Assembly: GCA_964016885.1 (NCBI GenBank)
Contig: OZ024747.1
Location: forward strand, 11,036,001 to 11,100,000
Source: Eledone cirrhosa
Lineage: Eukaryota
Direction: 5' to 3'
DNA: 64,000 bases
Shown here: in pieces, positions 1 through 13,601 of the stretch
How positions within the stretch are numbered: the stretch's first letter is position 1
Layout: the number at the start of each line of letters is the position of its first letter
Program-made: the position numbers and the translations under genes
The notes under the pieces: model-generated
What the model saw: the letters and a program-made list of their open reading frames with translations, nothing else
The model's database searches: none
Told to the model about the DNA's origin: nothing

Positions 1-197
1 CACTAATTTATAAACAACCATCCGGTTATCGAACCAACCAACCATTCAGCCAACCGGAAAATATAATAAATTGTAGTGAAAACCAACAGTGCGTGTGTTT
101 TTATATATATATATATATATAACGAAGGAGTTGTGGTAAAGAACCAGATGGACCATAACGCACCAGAGTACTCAATACTTAGAGTAGTAGAGTGGGT

Positions 198-253
198 AAT
201 AGGAAAATGTATGACCCCGACGGCAGAGCTCTGCCGTCGGGGTCATACATTTT

Positions 254-258
<5 letters not shown>
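198..258. repeat. Perfect ~60-bp palindrome (fold-back end of a dispersed TA-anchored element)
   Basis: ATAGGAAAATGTATGACCCCGACGGCAGAG|CTCTGCCGTCGGGGTCATACATTTTCCTAT. Adjacent 121-200 is the reverse complement of the tail seen at 17670-17750 and 43520-43602. Confidence 0.9.
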
Positions 259-291
<33 letters not shown>

Positions 292-445
292 AAAGTTCTA
301 TTTAAATTGTTGGGATACAACAAGCAAATATTTTTATAACTGATATAAAGCACTCGACAATAAAGCACTCGACGATATTAACAAATGGAAACTATATTTA
401 TTTAAATATGGTTTTATAAATATAGTTTCCATTTGTTAATATCGT

Positions 446-523
<78 letters not shown>

Positions 524-696
524 CTCTATAAAGTTAACTGTCTCTAATACGTAAGCATCTCAATGAAAAGACAGGATTTATTAATAAATCAATAAATTAT
601 TACTCCATTCAGAGAAGTGTTAAAATATATTAAAACTTATTTCTATGAAGAATTCATCCCCTGATGAAGAAACTTAAATTCTTCCAATATTGATTA

Positions 697-850
697 TTCC
701 CTGAGGAATTTAAGGGTCGTTAGACTAGCGTTCCCTGAGGAATTTAAGGGTTGTTAGTCTAGCGTTCCTTGAGGAATTTAAGGGTCGTTAGTTTAGCGTT
801 CCCTGAGAAATGTAAAGGTCGGTTTATTGTTCCCTGAGCAATTTAAGGCA
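697..850. repeat. 34-bp minisatellite, ~4.5 copies
   Basis: Unit TTCCCTGAGGAATTTAAGGGTCGTTAGACTAGCG repeated at ~697, 731, 765, 799, then degenerating. Confidence 0.85.
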
Positions 851-1097
851 CAGGGATCTTTATAAAATGTAAAGTAGAGGAGCGGATCTGTGTGCTGTAA
901 GTTACTGTGGTTGTTGTTGTTGTTGTTGTTACTGTTTTTACTGCTGTTGTTGGTACTGCTGTTGTTGTTACTGCTGTTGTTACTGCTGTTGTTGTCACAG
1001 CTGTTGTTACTGTTGTCGTTGTTACTGTTGTTGTTACTGCTGTTGTTATTACTGCTGTTGTTGTTACTGCTGTTGTTGTTACTGCTGTTGTTGTTGT

Positions 1098-1172
1098 CGT
1101 TAGCCCTAAGTCAACTCTGATCAAGCAGACCAATGAACAAAAGTATTCCAGCCGTGGCCATCTCGTCTTTTT
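1098..1172 (-). mobile_element. 3' tail of a dispersed retroposon ending in an (AAC)n-type tract
   Basis: TTAGCCCTAAGTCAACTCTGATCAAGCAGAC...TTCCAGCCGTGGCCATC matches the reverse complement of 61660-61730 and weakly 28885-28920. It abuts the (GTT)n tract at 900-1097. Confidence 0.6.
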
Positions 1173-1228
1173 CCTGTGTGCAGGAAACCGAAAACCTTAC
1201 ACTACAACGTGTCATTGTATATGTGTAT

Positions 1229-1578
1229 TTTGAGGGAGATTTGGCTACTGTTTCTTGTAGGTCGAGGTGACTGTGTAAAGGTTTCCTCGTGGTGGCCTTA
1301 AACAGTACCTTTTCATCTGAAGAGGATTTAGCTACTATTTCTAGCAGGTAGAGGTGACCATGTAAAGGTTCCCTCGAGGTGGCCCTAAATGGTACATTTT
1401 CATTTGAGTGAGATTTGGCTACTATTTCTAACAGGTCGAGGTGACCATGTAGAGGTTCCCTCGGAGTGGCCTTAAATGGTACATCTTCATTTGAGGGAGA
1501 TTTAGCTACTATTTCTAGCAGGTCGAGGTGACCATGTAAAGGTTCCCTCGGGGTGACCTTATACGGTACCTTTTCTCT
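1229..1578 (-). repeat. 87-bp minisatellite, 4 copies, derived from a dispersed repeat body
   Basis: Four diverged 87-bp units give a 29-aa repeat in ORF 1111..1608. The core GACCTGCTAGAAATAGTAGCTAAATCTCCCTCAAAT resembles single copies at ~7349-7392 and ~61555-61585. Confidence 0.85.
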
Positions 1579-1902
1579 AGTTAAGTGTGTGGGCAATGGA
1601 TACAACACAGCGCTACTTCACTTCAATTTCTCTACATACACTTGACTATAGTTGAATAGATTTCATATACTTCATATTGAATCGCAATGCATTTATCGTA
1701 AGAAATAAATATTCTTTGAAATGACTGAAGTAAATGTTGATAATACAGAGAAAAGAGAGCGAAGACAGATACAAAGAGGGAGAGAAGGAGAAGAAGAAAG
1801 CAGTGAGAGAAAGAAAGAGAGAGATATATATGTGAGAGAGAAAAGAGGGAGAGAGGGGGGAAGAGAGAGAAAAGGAAGAAGAGACAGTGTATTGGCTATT
1901 CT

Positions 1903-2038
1903 TCATTTATCATATCGGCTCATCTTTAAAGTGGGTCTAACAAGCTTCCTCGTCTCAATTTCTTTCTCATGAAACTTGATTATTTCTTCGTTCTTTAGGA
2001 AAACACTCGTATTCCAAAGGCATTCGATGTTATTTCGC
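1903..2038 (-). CDS. Candidate terminal coding exon of an unidentified host gene
   Basis: Pyrimidine-rich acceptor TTTTCTTGTTAGCTCTCTTCCATTAATATCAG followed by an open phase-2 frame RNNIECLWNTSVFLKNEEIIKFHEKEIETRKLVRPTLKMSRYDK*. No homology recognised. Confidence 0.25.
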
Positions 2039-3910
2039 CTGATATTAATGGAAGAGAGCTAACAAGAAAATAACTCTGCCATTAGTAAAAACTACTTGGA
2101 ATCGCGACTAGACGTCTCAACTCTGACGCGACATAAGATAAATTGTCAAGATATATCCTGTGTAATTAACTACGATTCAGCCATCTTGCAGGGTTAAATA
2201 GGAATCATGCGACTTAGAGGAGCTTTTTCTGGAGACCGGAGCTACTTCAATGTTAATGTTAAAATCAAATAAAATGAAAATAATAACAACACTAATAATA
2301 ACAACAGCAACAACAACAACAATAATGATAATAATAATGATAATATAGAAGAAATACATTTATATACAAACGTAGAAAGAAATCTTATTCGAATTTACAA
2401 ACTCTTCTTTTCCTTCTTTATCATATGTTTGAGTTCTTTAAAAGCAATACGTTGCTTGCTTGCATGTATATGATGGCTGCCTAGTCTACTAGCGCCATCT
2501 GCTGGAGAAAATATACAACTAATCTACAGTCAGTATAAGAAACACATTATAAGACGTGCGTGTGTTTCTTTTTTACTTTGTTCTTGTTATTCTTGTTCTT
2601 GTTGTTGTTGTTTCTTTGTTGTACTTGTTGCTGTTGTTCATCTTGCTGTTGTTGCATTTTTATCTATTTATGTTGTTGTTGTTGTTGCTGCTGCTGTTGT
2701 TGTTGTTTTTGTTGCCTTTGTCGTTGTTGTTTTTGTTGCTGTTATTATTTTTGTTTTTGTTCTTGTTGTTTTTGTTGATATTGTTATTTTTGCTGTTGCT
2801 GTTCTTGTTGTTGCTGCTGCTGCTGTTGTTGTTTTTGTTGCTGTTATTGTTGTTGCTGTTGTTATTGTTGCTGTTATTGTTGTTGTTGTTGTTGTTACTG
2901 TTGTTGCTGTTTCTGTTACTGTTGTTGTTGCTGCTGTTGTTGTTTTTCAGAGAAACTTCACATTTTTTTATATATTCCACTCATTCCATTAGGTTCTGTA
3001 GCTATATCCCAACAAACTACCTATTTACTTAAGGGAATACCACAGTCGGCCATTATTATTATTACTATAAGTACCAGTAATGCACTGGGTAATTGATGGC
3101 CTTGTGCCAAAAGTAGAAACAATTATTATTATTACTATTGTTGTTATTATTATGTATGTATGTATGTATGTATGTATGTATGTATGTATGTATGTATGTA
3201 TCTGTGTGTGTATGTATGTATATATATGAATGTATGTGTGTGTGTGTGTATGTATTTATGTATGGATGTATGTATGCATGTGTGTGTGTGTGTGTGTGTT
3301 TGTTTGTATGTATGTATATTTGTATATATGTATGTGTATCTATGTATGTATAATGTATGTATGTATGTATGTATGTATGTATGTATGTATGTATGTATGT
3401 ATGTATGTATGTATGTATGTATGTATGTATGTGTGTGTATGTGTGTGTTTGTGTGTAGTTCCAGAATAAACAAGACAAACAGAGATTCAAAAACAGAAGT
3501 TGTATTAGGTTCACGCTTGGGAAGAAGTAAATGATGGATTCAACGTATCGGACATACGTCCTTTTTCAGGATATAGCAAAGTTCGGAGAGAGAAAGAAAA
3601 GGTTGAAACAACGGATTCTGGAAAGTTGGAAAGAAAATAAAAAAATGTTGAATAATTTAAAATAGGTGAGGAACGAAATATTTATCCGTTGGTTTGATTG
3701 CAATAAATGGTGGCGTAAACTGTGTTCAGCAGCCGACAGGATAACTGTCACAGTTTCTACTCACGTGAACAGTAATGGCGGAGTCAATCGTTACATAAGA
3801 ATATATATGCATTTGTCAATAGCTCTGTATTGAATTACGTGCGAAACACGTGTAATGAAAATATATGTATCGTTATATATAAATATTTAAATTGTTATTT
3901 CACTATCCAT

Positions 3911-3964
<54 letters not shown>

Positions 3965-4101
3965 CGTGTATGTGTGTGTGAATGTGTGTGTACATGCACA
4001 CATACATACATACATACATACATACACACACATAAATATATACACACCTACATATATATATAAATAATTATGTGTATATATATATATATATATACACACA
4101 C

Positions 4102-4166
<65 letters not shown>

Positions 4167-4191
4167 CACACATATATATACATATATATAT

Positions 4192-4242
<51 letters not shown>

Positions 4243-4247
4243 CACAC

Positions 4248-4318
<71 letters not shown>

Positions 4319-4347
4319 CAAACATATATTTATATATTATACACAGA

Positions 4348-4385
<38 letters not shown>

Positions 4386-4480
4386 ATTATACACAAACAT
4401 ATATATATATGTATAATATATATATGTGTATGTGTGTGCGTGTGTGTGTATGTGTGTGTGTGCACCTGTATGTGTGCACG

Positions 4481-4528
<48 letters not shown>

Positions 4529-4878
4529 AGTGTGATGGATTCTTTCTAGTTGGAAGTATGAGTATTGCTGTATGTTGATCGAACTTGCTGTATGTTGATC
4601 GAACTTGCTGGTCTTTGTGTTAGAGTGGAAGTGAGCCAATATATTGCTACCATTACTGTAATCCTCTCGCAGAACCAACATGGCTCCGTGTGTGACATCT
4701 TCGGACTGATACAGTCAATCTGGGATTCCTCCATGTCCTCTCTTTCCCCGTCTTCATCACATACTACACACTTATACACATATACAACTACACATCTACA
4801 CATAAAGTCACAGGTATACACCTATATACACACACATAGAGACATATTCTGTATGAATATCTATGTGTGTATATATAT

Positions 4879-4981
<103 letters not shown>

Positions 4982-5225
4982 TGTGTGTGTATGTGTGTGT
5001 GTTTGTATGCATGTCTTTGTGTGTACGTTTCTAGATCATGCTTTTATCTAAACCAGCAGTCAAATGTGTATACATGCATACATACAAGCATGCGCACATA
5101 CACACATACATACACACATACACACGCATACACAAACACACATATATATATGTATGTATATATATATATATATATATAGATAGAGGGAGAATAAATGCAT
5201 GTATATATGCAGCGTAGTGTGTAAT

Positions 5226-5294
<69 letters not shown>

Positions 5295-5307
5295 TTATGT
5301 ATATGTA

Positions 5308-5369
<62 letters not shown>

Positions 5370-5396
5370 CATATACATAAATATATATATATACAC

Positions 5397-5449
<53 letters not shown>

Positions 5450-5538
5450 ATTACACACTACGCTGCATATATACACACACACATATATATATATATATGA
5501 TTGTGTGTATAATATATACATATATATATATATATATG

Positions 5539-5775
<237 letters not shown>

Positions 5776-5889
5776 GTATATATATGTATATATATATATA
5801 TATATATAGTAATATATATATATTATTACTATATATATATATTAACTATATTTGTAAATAATATGCATGCATGTGCATATCTATGAGTA

Positions 5890-6540
5890 TATTGATGTAT
5901 GTATGTACATGTGTGTATATATGTATGTATGTGCATGAGTGTGTGTATGTATGTGCATGAGTGTGTGTATGTATGTGCATGTGTGTGTGTGTATGTATGT
6001 GCATGTGTGTGTGTATGTATGTGCATGAGTGTGTGTGTGTGTATGTGCATGTGTGTGTGTATGTATGTGCATGTGTGTGTGTATGTATGTGCACGTGTGT
6101 GTGTGTGTATGTATGTGCATGTGTGTGTGTGTGCATGTGTGTGTGTATGTATGTACATGTGTGTGTATATGTATGTGCATGTGTGTGTGTATGTATGTGC
6201 ATGTGTGTGTGTATGTATGTGCATGTATGTGCATGTGTGTGTGTGTATGTGCATGTGTGTGTGTGCATGTGTGTGTGTATGTATGTGCATGAGTGTGTGA
6301 ATGTATGTGTATGTGCGTGTGTGTGTATGTATGTGCATGAGTGTGTGTATGTATGTGTATGTGTGTGTGTGTGTGTATGTATGTGCATGAGTGTGTGTAT
6401 GTATGTGTATGTGTATGAGTGTGTGTATGTATGTGCATGAGTGTGTGTATATATGTGTATGTGCATGAGTGTGTGTGTGTATGTGCATGTGTGTGTGTAT
6501 GTGCATGTGTGTGTGTGTGTGTGTATGTATGTGCATGTGT
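5890..6540. repeat. Compound (TG)n / TATGTATGTGCATG satellite
   Basis: Recurring GTATGTATGTGCATG(A/T)GTGTG units. Confidence 0.9.
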
Positions 6541-7452
6541 GTTATCTAGTGTGGTATCTAGGAGGGGGGCGGCAGAGCCAGTGTGATATCGGTGTCTCAG
6601 CATTAGACACGACTCACTTGTCAGAGATGTGTATGTGATATCTTGCAGCTCTCTTCAACTGTGTTATATCAGTGACTCCTGTTACATTGGGCGGTAAAGA
6701 TGGCTACTAGATAACAGCACGCCACCACCACCACCACCGACACTGCCTATACTACCAACACCACCACCACCACCACCACCACCACCACCACCACCACCAC
6801 ATCTACCACCACCACTACCACCACCACCACCACTACACCCACCAACCACCTTTACCACTACCATCACCACCCAGATCACCACCACCTCTACCACCACCAC
6901 CACCACCACCACCTCTACCACTACCACCACCACTACCACCACCACCACCTTTACCACTACCACCACCACCACTACCACCCCCACCGACACTACCACCTCT
7001 ACCACTACACCTACCACCACCTTTACCACTAACATCACCACCACCACGACCTCTACCACCACCACCACCACCACCTCTACCACTACCACCACCTCTACCA
7101 CCACCACCTCTCTCTACCACTACACCCACCACCACCTTTACCTCTACCATCAACACCACCACCACCACCACCACCACCACCACCACCTCAGCCCTCCAAA
7201 AACTCATTACACTCCCCAATCAAAGTGATGTGATGCACCACACCAAAGATTATTGTAGATAATCACCTGCCCTGCTCCGATAGAGTCCACCATACCCCCC
7301 CCCTGTCACTGTTGCTCCAACACAACAACTTAAACACACACACACAGTCGACTAGCTAGAAATAGCAGCAAACTTCCTCTCAGATCACACTCAACTATCA
7401 TATAAAAAGGACACATTGCGCAATGTGTATATATATTTATATAAATATATAT

Positions 7453-7527
<75 letters not shown>

Positions 7528-8235
7528 GCGCGGGGACATAGAAATAGTCGGACTGGATACCCGATGGTGCGGTTAAACGACTGGGAGTGAAGGACCCCTA
7601 GCCTTTGTCAGGGCATTCTTCTAGGAGAAGGCAACTCAGGAAACTGGGATAACTCCGACATAAAATCTGCGTTTCAGTAGTTACCAATGATGTTGATCTT
7701 TTCTTCTTTTCGGCTTATAGCTCCTGTCGCTCAGAGAGTGGGATTGGCTCAGTGCACAGAAATCTTTAACAAAAATCTTCACGCACAGGCATTGCACGAT
7801 AGATTTAATTGATAATTATTAATATTGATAAATCATACAATGGCCATACTCCATAACGAGTGGGCAGCCATCATGTATGTATATTAACAGTATACACACA
7901 CGTTGCAATGAATAATAATTCACATCCACATGCTATCAAGCCTGAAATACATGTCATGAGGATACAGAAAGAAGGGTTAATTTATTACATCAAACAGGCA
8001 AAACATAGGCAAACTATGAACGAAACCATAGATCGTGTTATCATGTATTTGCATGACTCTCATTTGTATAGAAATAATTGTTGAGATTAAAGAAGGATTT
8101 GATTTTAAAACCTTGGTTTATTCAGTATTAAATATTTATACTCTGCTGCCCTCACAGTCTTCAACTGCAGGTATCTTGACCTTTCACCTACACCTTTGAT
8201 TTCACTCCGATTCCGGTTTTCTAGCAGGTTTAAGT

Positions 8236-9223
8236 GCCCCTAGAAAACCTGGTGGCTCCAAGACAAGGTACTTAATGTACCCCTACAAAACCTGGTGGCT
8301 CCAATGCAAGGTACTTAATGTACCCCTACAAAACCTGGTGGCTCCAAGACAAGGTACTTAATGTACCCCTACAAAACCTGGTGGCTCCAAGACAAGGTAC
8401 TTAATGTACCCCTACAAAACCTGGTGGCTCCAAGACAAGGTACTTAATGTACCCCTACAAAACCTGGTGGCTCCAAGACAAGGTACTTAATGTACTCTTA
8501 GAAAACCTGGTGGCTCCAAGACAAGGTACTTAATATACCCCTAGAAAACCTGGTGGCTCCAAGACAAGGTACTTAATATACCCTTACAAAACCTGATGGC
8601 TCCAAGACAAGGTACTTAATGTACCCCTACGAAACCTGCTGGCACCAAGACAAGGTACTTAATGTACCCCTAGAAAACCTGGTGGCTCCAAGACAAGGTA
8701 CTTAATGTATCCTTAGAAAACCTGGTGGCTCCAAGACAAGGTACTTAATGTACCCCTACGAAACCTGCTGGCACCAAGACAAGGTACTTAATGTACCCCT
8801 AGAAAACCTGGTGGCTCCAAGACAAGGTACTTAATGTGCCGCTAGAAAACCTGGTGGCTCCAAGACAAGGTACTTAATGTACCCCTACAAAACCTGGTGG
8901 CTCCAAGACAAGGTACTTAATGTACCCCTACAAAACCTGGTGGCTCCAAGACAAGGTACTTAATGTACCCCTAGATAACCTGGTGGCTCCAAGACAAGGT
9001 ACTTAATGTACCCCTACAAAACCTGGTGGCTCCAAGACAAGGGACTTAATGTACCCCTAGAAAACCTAGAGGTTCCAAGACAAGGTACTTAATGTACCCC
9101 TACAAAACCTGGTGGCTCCAAGACAAGGTACTTAATGTACCCCTACAAAACCTGGTGGCTCCAAGACAAGGGACTTAATGTACCCCTAGAAAACCTGGTG
9201 GCTCCAAGACAAGGGACTTAATG
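8236..9223. repeat. 43-bp minisatellite, ~23 copies
   Basis: Unit GTACCCCTACAAAACCTGGTGGCTCCAAGACAAGGTACTTAAT with a period of 43 (8277 to 8320) and few variants. Confidence 0.97.
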
Positions 9224-9239
9224 TGCAGCATAGAAACAA

Positions 9240-10465
9240 CCACACACACCGGACTTACACTCCACACACCACCACCACCATATATCACATACACCACCAC
9301 CATACATCACATACACCACCACCACCATACATCATCACACACACACACATACACACACACTTACACACACACACCACAGACACACACACACTACCACCAC
9401 CACCACCACCACCACCACCACACACACACACACACCACCACCACCACCACCACACACACCACCACACACTACCACACACCACCACACACCACCACACACA
9501 CACACACTACCACACACTACCACACACCACCACACACTACCACACACCACCACACACACACACTACCACACACTACCACACACTACCACACACTACCACT
9601 CACTACCACACACCACCACACACACACACACTACCACACACCACCACACACTACCACACACTACCACACACTACTACACACCACCACACACACACACACA
9701 CTACCATACACTACCACACACTACCACACACTACCACTCACTACCACACACCACCACACACCACCACACACTACCACACACTACCACACACTACCACACA
9801 CACACACACATACACTACCACACACCACCACACACTACCACACACTACCACACACCACACACCACCATACATTACCACACACACACACACTACCACACAC
9901 CACCACACACTACCACACACTACCACACACACACACACATACACTACCACACACCACCACACACTACCACACACTACCACACACTACCACACACACACAC
10001 ACATACACTACCACACACCACCACACACTACCACACACTACCACACACACACACACATACACTACCACACACCACCACACACTACCACACACTACCACAC
10101 ACCACACACCACCACACACTACCACACACACACACACTACCACACACTACCACACACTACCACACACTACCACACACCACCACACACACTACCACACACT
10201 ACCACACACTACCACTCACTACCACACACCACCACACACACACACACTACCACACACCACCACACACTACCACACACACACACACTACCACACACTACCA
10301 CACACACACTCACTACCACACACTACCACACACTACCAAACACCACCACACACCACCACACACTACCACACACCACACACCACACACCACCACACACTAC
10401 CACACACCACACACACACTACCACACACACACACACACTACCACACATACACACACACACACATA
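9240..10465. repeat. CTACCACACA/CCACCACACA 10-mer low-complexity satellite
   Basis: Tandem CTACCACACA variants mixed with (CA)n. Confidence 0.9.
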
Positions 10466-11198
10466 TCAGCCAGCAAACCACCAACAGTTCCAATAGATAT
10501 TTCTATCTCAGAATTATTTGGAGATGTTGGCAATTGACACCTCAAATTAGTTAAGAGGTCAAAGTTGAGCTTTAATTAACCATTGTTTGGTCTAACATTA
10601 GACAACTGGTTCCTGTGTGATAGTCGGGTCAACCCTTGTAAAGTGGATCAGATACTGACACGATTAAGGGCCTTCTACCTGATCGAATATGACATTACTT
10701 CGATTTTCTGTCATCAACTTATAGCTTTCAGTCTCTCTCTATATATATATGTGTGTGTGTGTGTCTGTGTGTGTTTGTGTGTGTATGCGTCTGTGTGTAT
10801 GTATGCATGTGTGTGTATGTGTGTGCGTATGTGTGTGTGTGTGTGTGAGTGTGTGTGTGTGTGTGTGCGTGTGTGTGTGTGTGTGCACGTCTGTATGTGT
10901 GTGTGTGTGTGTGTGTGTGTTCTCTTCTCGATTGAACTTTCAGTATATATTTTTACCCGCCGCCTTCTCGACGACAAACTTGTAACAGACGATAATGAAA
11001 GAAAACAAACAAACAAAAGAACAAATCAAATGAGTTTAGTGAAAAATTTATTGTGAGATCAGGTGTTGAGCAGGACTGTGTCCCCAGCTAACCTCCTGTT
11101 TATTATAGTTCTCTTGGGGAGTTTAAGACTGGTTGTCCATAGAACCTTTGTGTGCCGATGACTAGCTTCCTATAGCTGAAATAGTGGAAGGTCTGGGG

Positions 11199-11521
11199 CA
11201 GTCATGGGTAACCTGCAGCCCGCGAACCTTTCTGAATGGCTCGCCGAAGTCACCAAAGTGAAATCCTTCTGATTTTTTTTACTCCAACTTTTCAGTCGTA
11301 ATTTATCTTTCTATCATTTTTACGATCGAGGAAAACAACGTGTACGAAATTTGAAGAAACAAATCAAAACAACCTGAGTTATCACCCTTTTTTTAAATGT
11401 GAGCACGGATGTAAATTAGCGCTTGCGGCCCGTCTGATGATGAGCCATATCTCATGCGGCCCGCCTGATGATGAGTCATATCTCATGCGGCCCGCTTCTC
11501 GCAAAAGGTTGCCCATGCCTG
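11199..11521. mobile_element. Non-autonomous hAT-type MITE
   Basis: TIRs CAGTCATGGGTAACCT / AGGTTGCCCATGCCTG, subterminal GCGGCCCG motifs, and an 8-bp target duplication GTCTGGGG (11191-98) / GTCTAGGG (11522-29). Confidence 0.9.
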
Positions 11522-12554
11522 GTCTAGGGAATAAAATTCCTGCTCTGAAAACCAAATCTGGAATCACAAGGACTCAGAGAAAACTTTAGGAAAGAACACA
11601 ATGTCCTGTTGCAAGGGAAATAACTGTGCCCTATATACAGAATCGAGGCCAACTTTACCTTTCATCCATTCGAGAATGACTTGATGTCCAATTTTCAGGA
11701 TGTTGGCTGGATCGTTGAGGTCCATATGACGGGCCAGGAAGGGGCCCTGACTTAACGCCATGTGATTCTTTTCCTGTGAGTATGGGCGAAGGAAGAAGTT
11801 TATAGCTCAAAAGCAAAAACTCTGACTTAATTGGAGAAACGTATTCGTTATGTTCTGATCAATATGCTGCATGAAGTCGAGGACATGCCTTCGAAAAACG
11901 GACATGAACGACAAACGAATACAAACATGTAATCTCCTCATCAACCACCCTCTCGAGATACAATTTCGTACGTTAGGCTGGGAATTTATTATCAAAGCCA
12001 GGTGGTACATCATTCTCTTTCGCAAGGCTTCTCCTACACTCTTTGTATCAGCAGTATATTCAATTTTCTCCAACAGATTCTAGTTTGACCTCTTCTTCAT
12101 TTAACAATAAGGTCAGTGTCATAGTCAGTTTTCGACTTACAGATATTTAAACTGTGCATCAAACTATCACAGAGACCCTTTAAAGAGTCCTTGGTACTGT
12201 CCCGTTTTTTTTATTCTGCGGTATTTGTTCTGGCTCGCTAAGCTTTCTGAGTTCAAATCGTACTGAGGTCAATATTGCCCTTCATTCTTTTGAGGTTGAG
12301 GAGGGAAAATATTAGTCGAGAACTTTGGTCGTTTCTCCCCCCCCCCCTCCCTCTCTCTCACCCATTCTCTCTCCTTCTCTGGAAGAAAGCGGCTATATTC
12401 AGACCTGGAGATGGGATTGGGTTCTGCCGTATATCACAATAACGCCCCTACAACCTGACAAGGAGTTACGGGTCCACATATACATATATATATATATATA
12501 TAGTGAAGTAAAATAACAAGGACGATTGGTTACTCCTTCATTACGTTTATTGGT

Positions 12555-12640
12555 TGGTGACGCGCGTTTCGCCACTGATCAGCTCAAGGTTCGATCTAAA
12601 TCGATCTTTCCCGACTCTGTAATCCGCTGCTCGTCAGACT
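12555..12640 (-). ncRNA. Hammerhead-like motif with long helix II
   Basis: Minus strand: GT-CTGACGA-GC...~55 nt...GC-GAAA-CGCGCG-TC-AC, then AATAAA. Helix I is weak. A truncated second copy lies at 43780-43825. Confidence 0.5.
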
Positions 12641-12898
12641 CCTTATAATGGTAATTACCATTACTTCATTCACTCTGTCTAACTCTACACCTCGACACTG
12701 AAGTGAACCTAAAGATCGAGTGCTCCCCCGGGTGAACTTCAAGTTATACTCCCTCGATATATATATCCATTTTACGTGTGTTGTATTGAAGCGAATAACT
12801 ATGTACATATTCTGGGAATGTATCTTACATTGCCTATTGAGTACGCTGAGATGCAACCGATCCTGGCATTGATACATATGCTGGGTCCGTCAACTCCT

Positions 12899-12966
<68 letters not shown>

Positions 12967-12976
12967 ATTATTATTA

Positions 12977-13325
12977 TTATTAGAAATGTAAGCTATCGCC
13001 GTATTTTGACGAAAGAAATTAAAGAAATTATTTAGCCTGATAGTGGGGTTAAGAACCCTCGGAGAAATGGAAAAAGATGAGTATTGACGTACATGGGAGT
13101 CGAACCCACATCTTTGGCTATCCGGATCACTACATCACCCAAGGGTGATGTGTTGGTGTAAATGGTAGCACAGTGGTCCGGATAACCAAAGATGTGGGTT
13201 CGACTCCCATGTACGTCAATACTCATCTTTTTCCATTTCTCCGAGGGTTCTTAACCCCACTATCAGGCTAAATAATTTCTTTAGTTTCTTTAGTCAAAAT
13301 ACGGCGATAGCTTACATTTCTAATA
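12977..13325. mobile_element. Fold-back tRNA-headed short element (inverted arms ~150-170 bp)
   Basis: 12977-13130 is the reverse complement of ~13172-13325. The centre carries the hairpin ACATCACCC-A-AGGGTGATGT, and both sides are flanked by (TA)n. Confidence 0.9.
13147..13218 (+). tRNA. tRNA-derived cloverleaf (SINE head or pseudo-tRNA, probably not a functional tRNA)
   Basis: Acceptor GATGTGT/GTACGTC, D arm GTGT..GCAC with A box TGGTGTAAATGG, 7-nt loop CCGGATA, T arm GTGGG-TTCGACT-CCCAT (B box). The anticodon loop lacks U33. Confidence 0.65.
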
Positions 13326-13350
13326 ATTTCAAACCAACTCGCTGTTTCGA

Positions 13351-13395
<45 letters not shown>

Positions 13396-13601
13396 CTTGA
13401 TCACCTTGACCGACCAGTCTGTCGGGCGCCAATCGGCGCCGCTGGTCACAGCACGTCGTGCTGTTTTAGCCATAAGATAACGTCATCCCACTGAATCAGA
13501 CAGAACCACACACTGATCGCGTCTCGAGCTGTCCGCCGGCGAAACAATTGTAACACACAATAAATTGAGTTCAGATGCATCACTGACTTTTCCTTTTATA
13601 T

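Noticed and set aside
655-700. CTGATGA followed by a short stem
   Set aside because: No GAAA, helix III or UH follows, so it is not a hammerhead.
8236-9223. CRISPR-like regular array (also 53449-54508 and 26040-27225)
   Set aside because: No unique spacers, no cas genes, eukaryotic context. These are tandem repeats.
11430-11490. Duplicated CTGATGATGA (hammerhead or C/D-box look-alike)
   Set aside because: An internal 31-bp tandem duplication in the hAT MITE with no matching core elements.
13147-13218. Functional tRNA gene
   Set aside because: Non-canonical anticodon loop (no U33), several G-U pairs and a mismatch in stems, no T-run terminator directly after, and embedded in a fold-back repeat.
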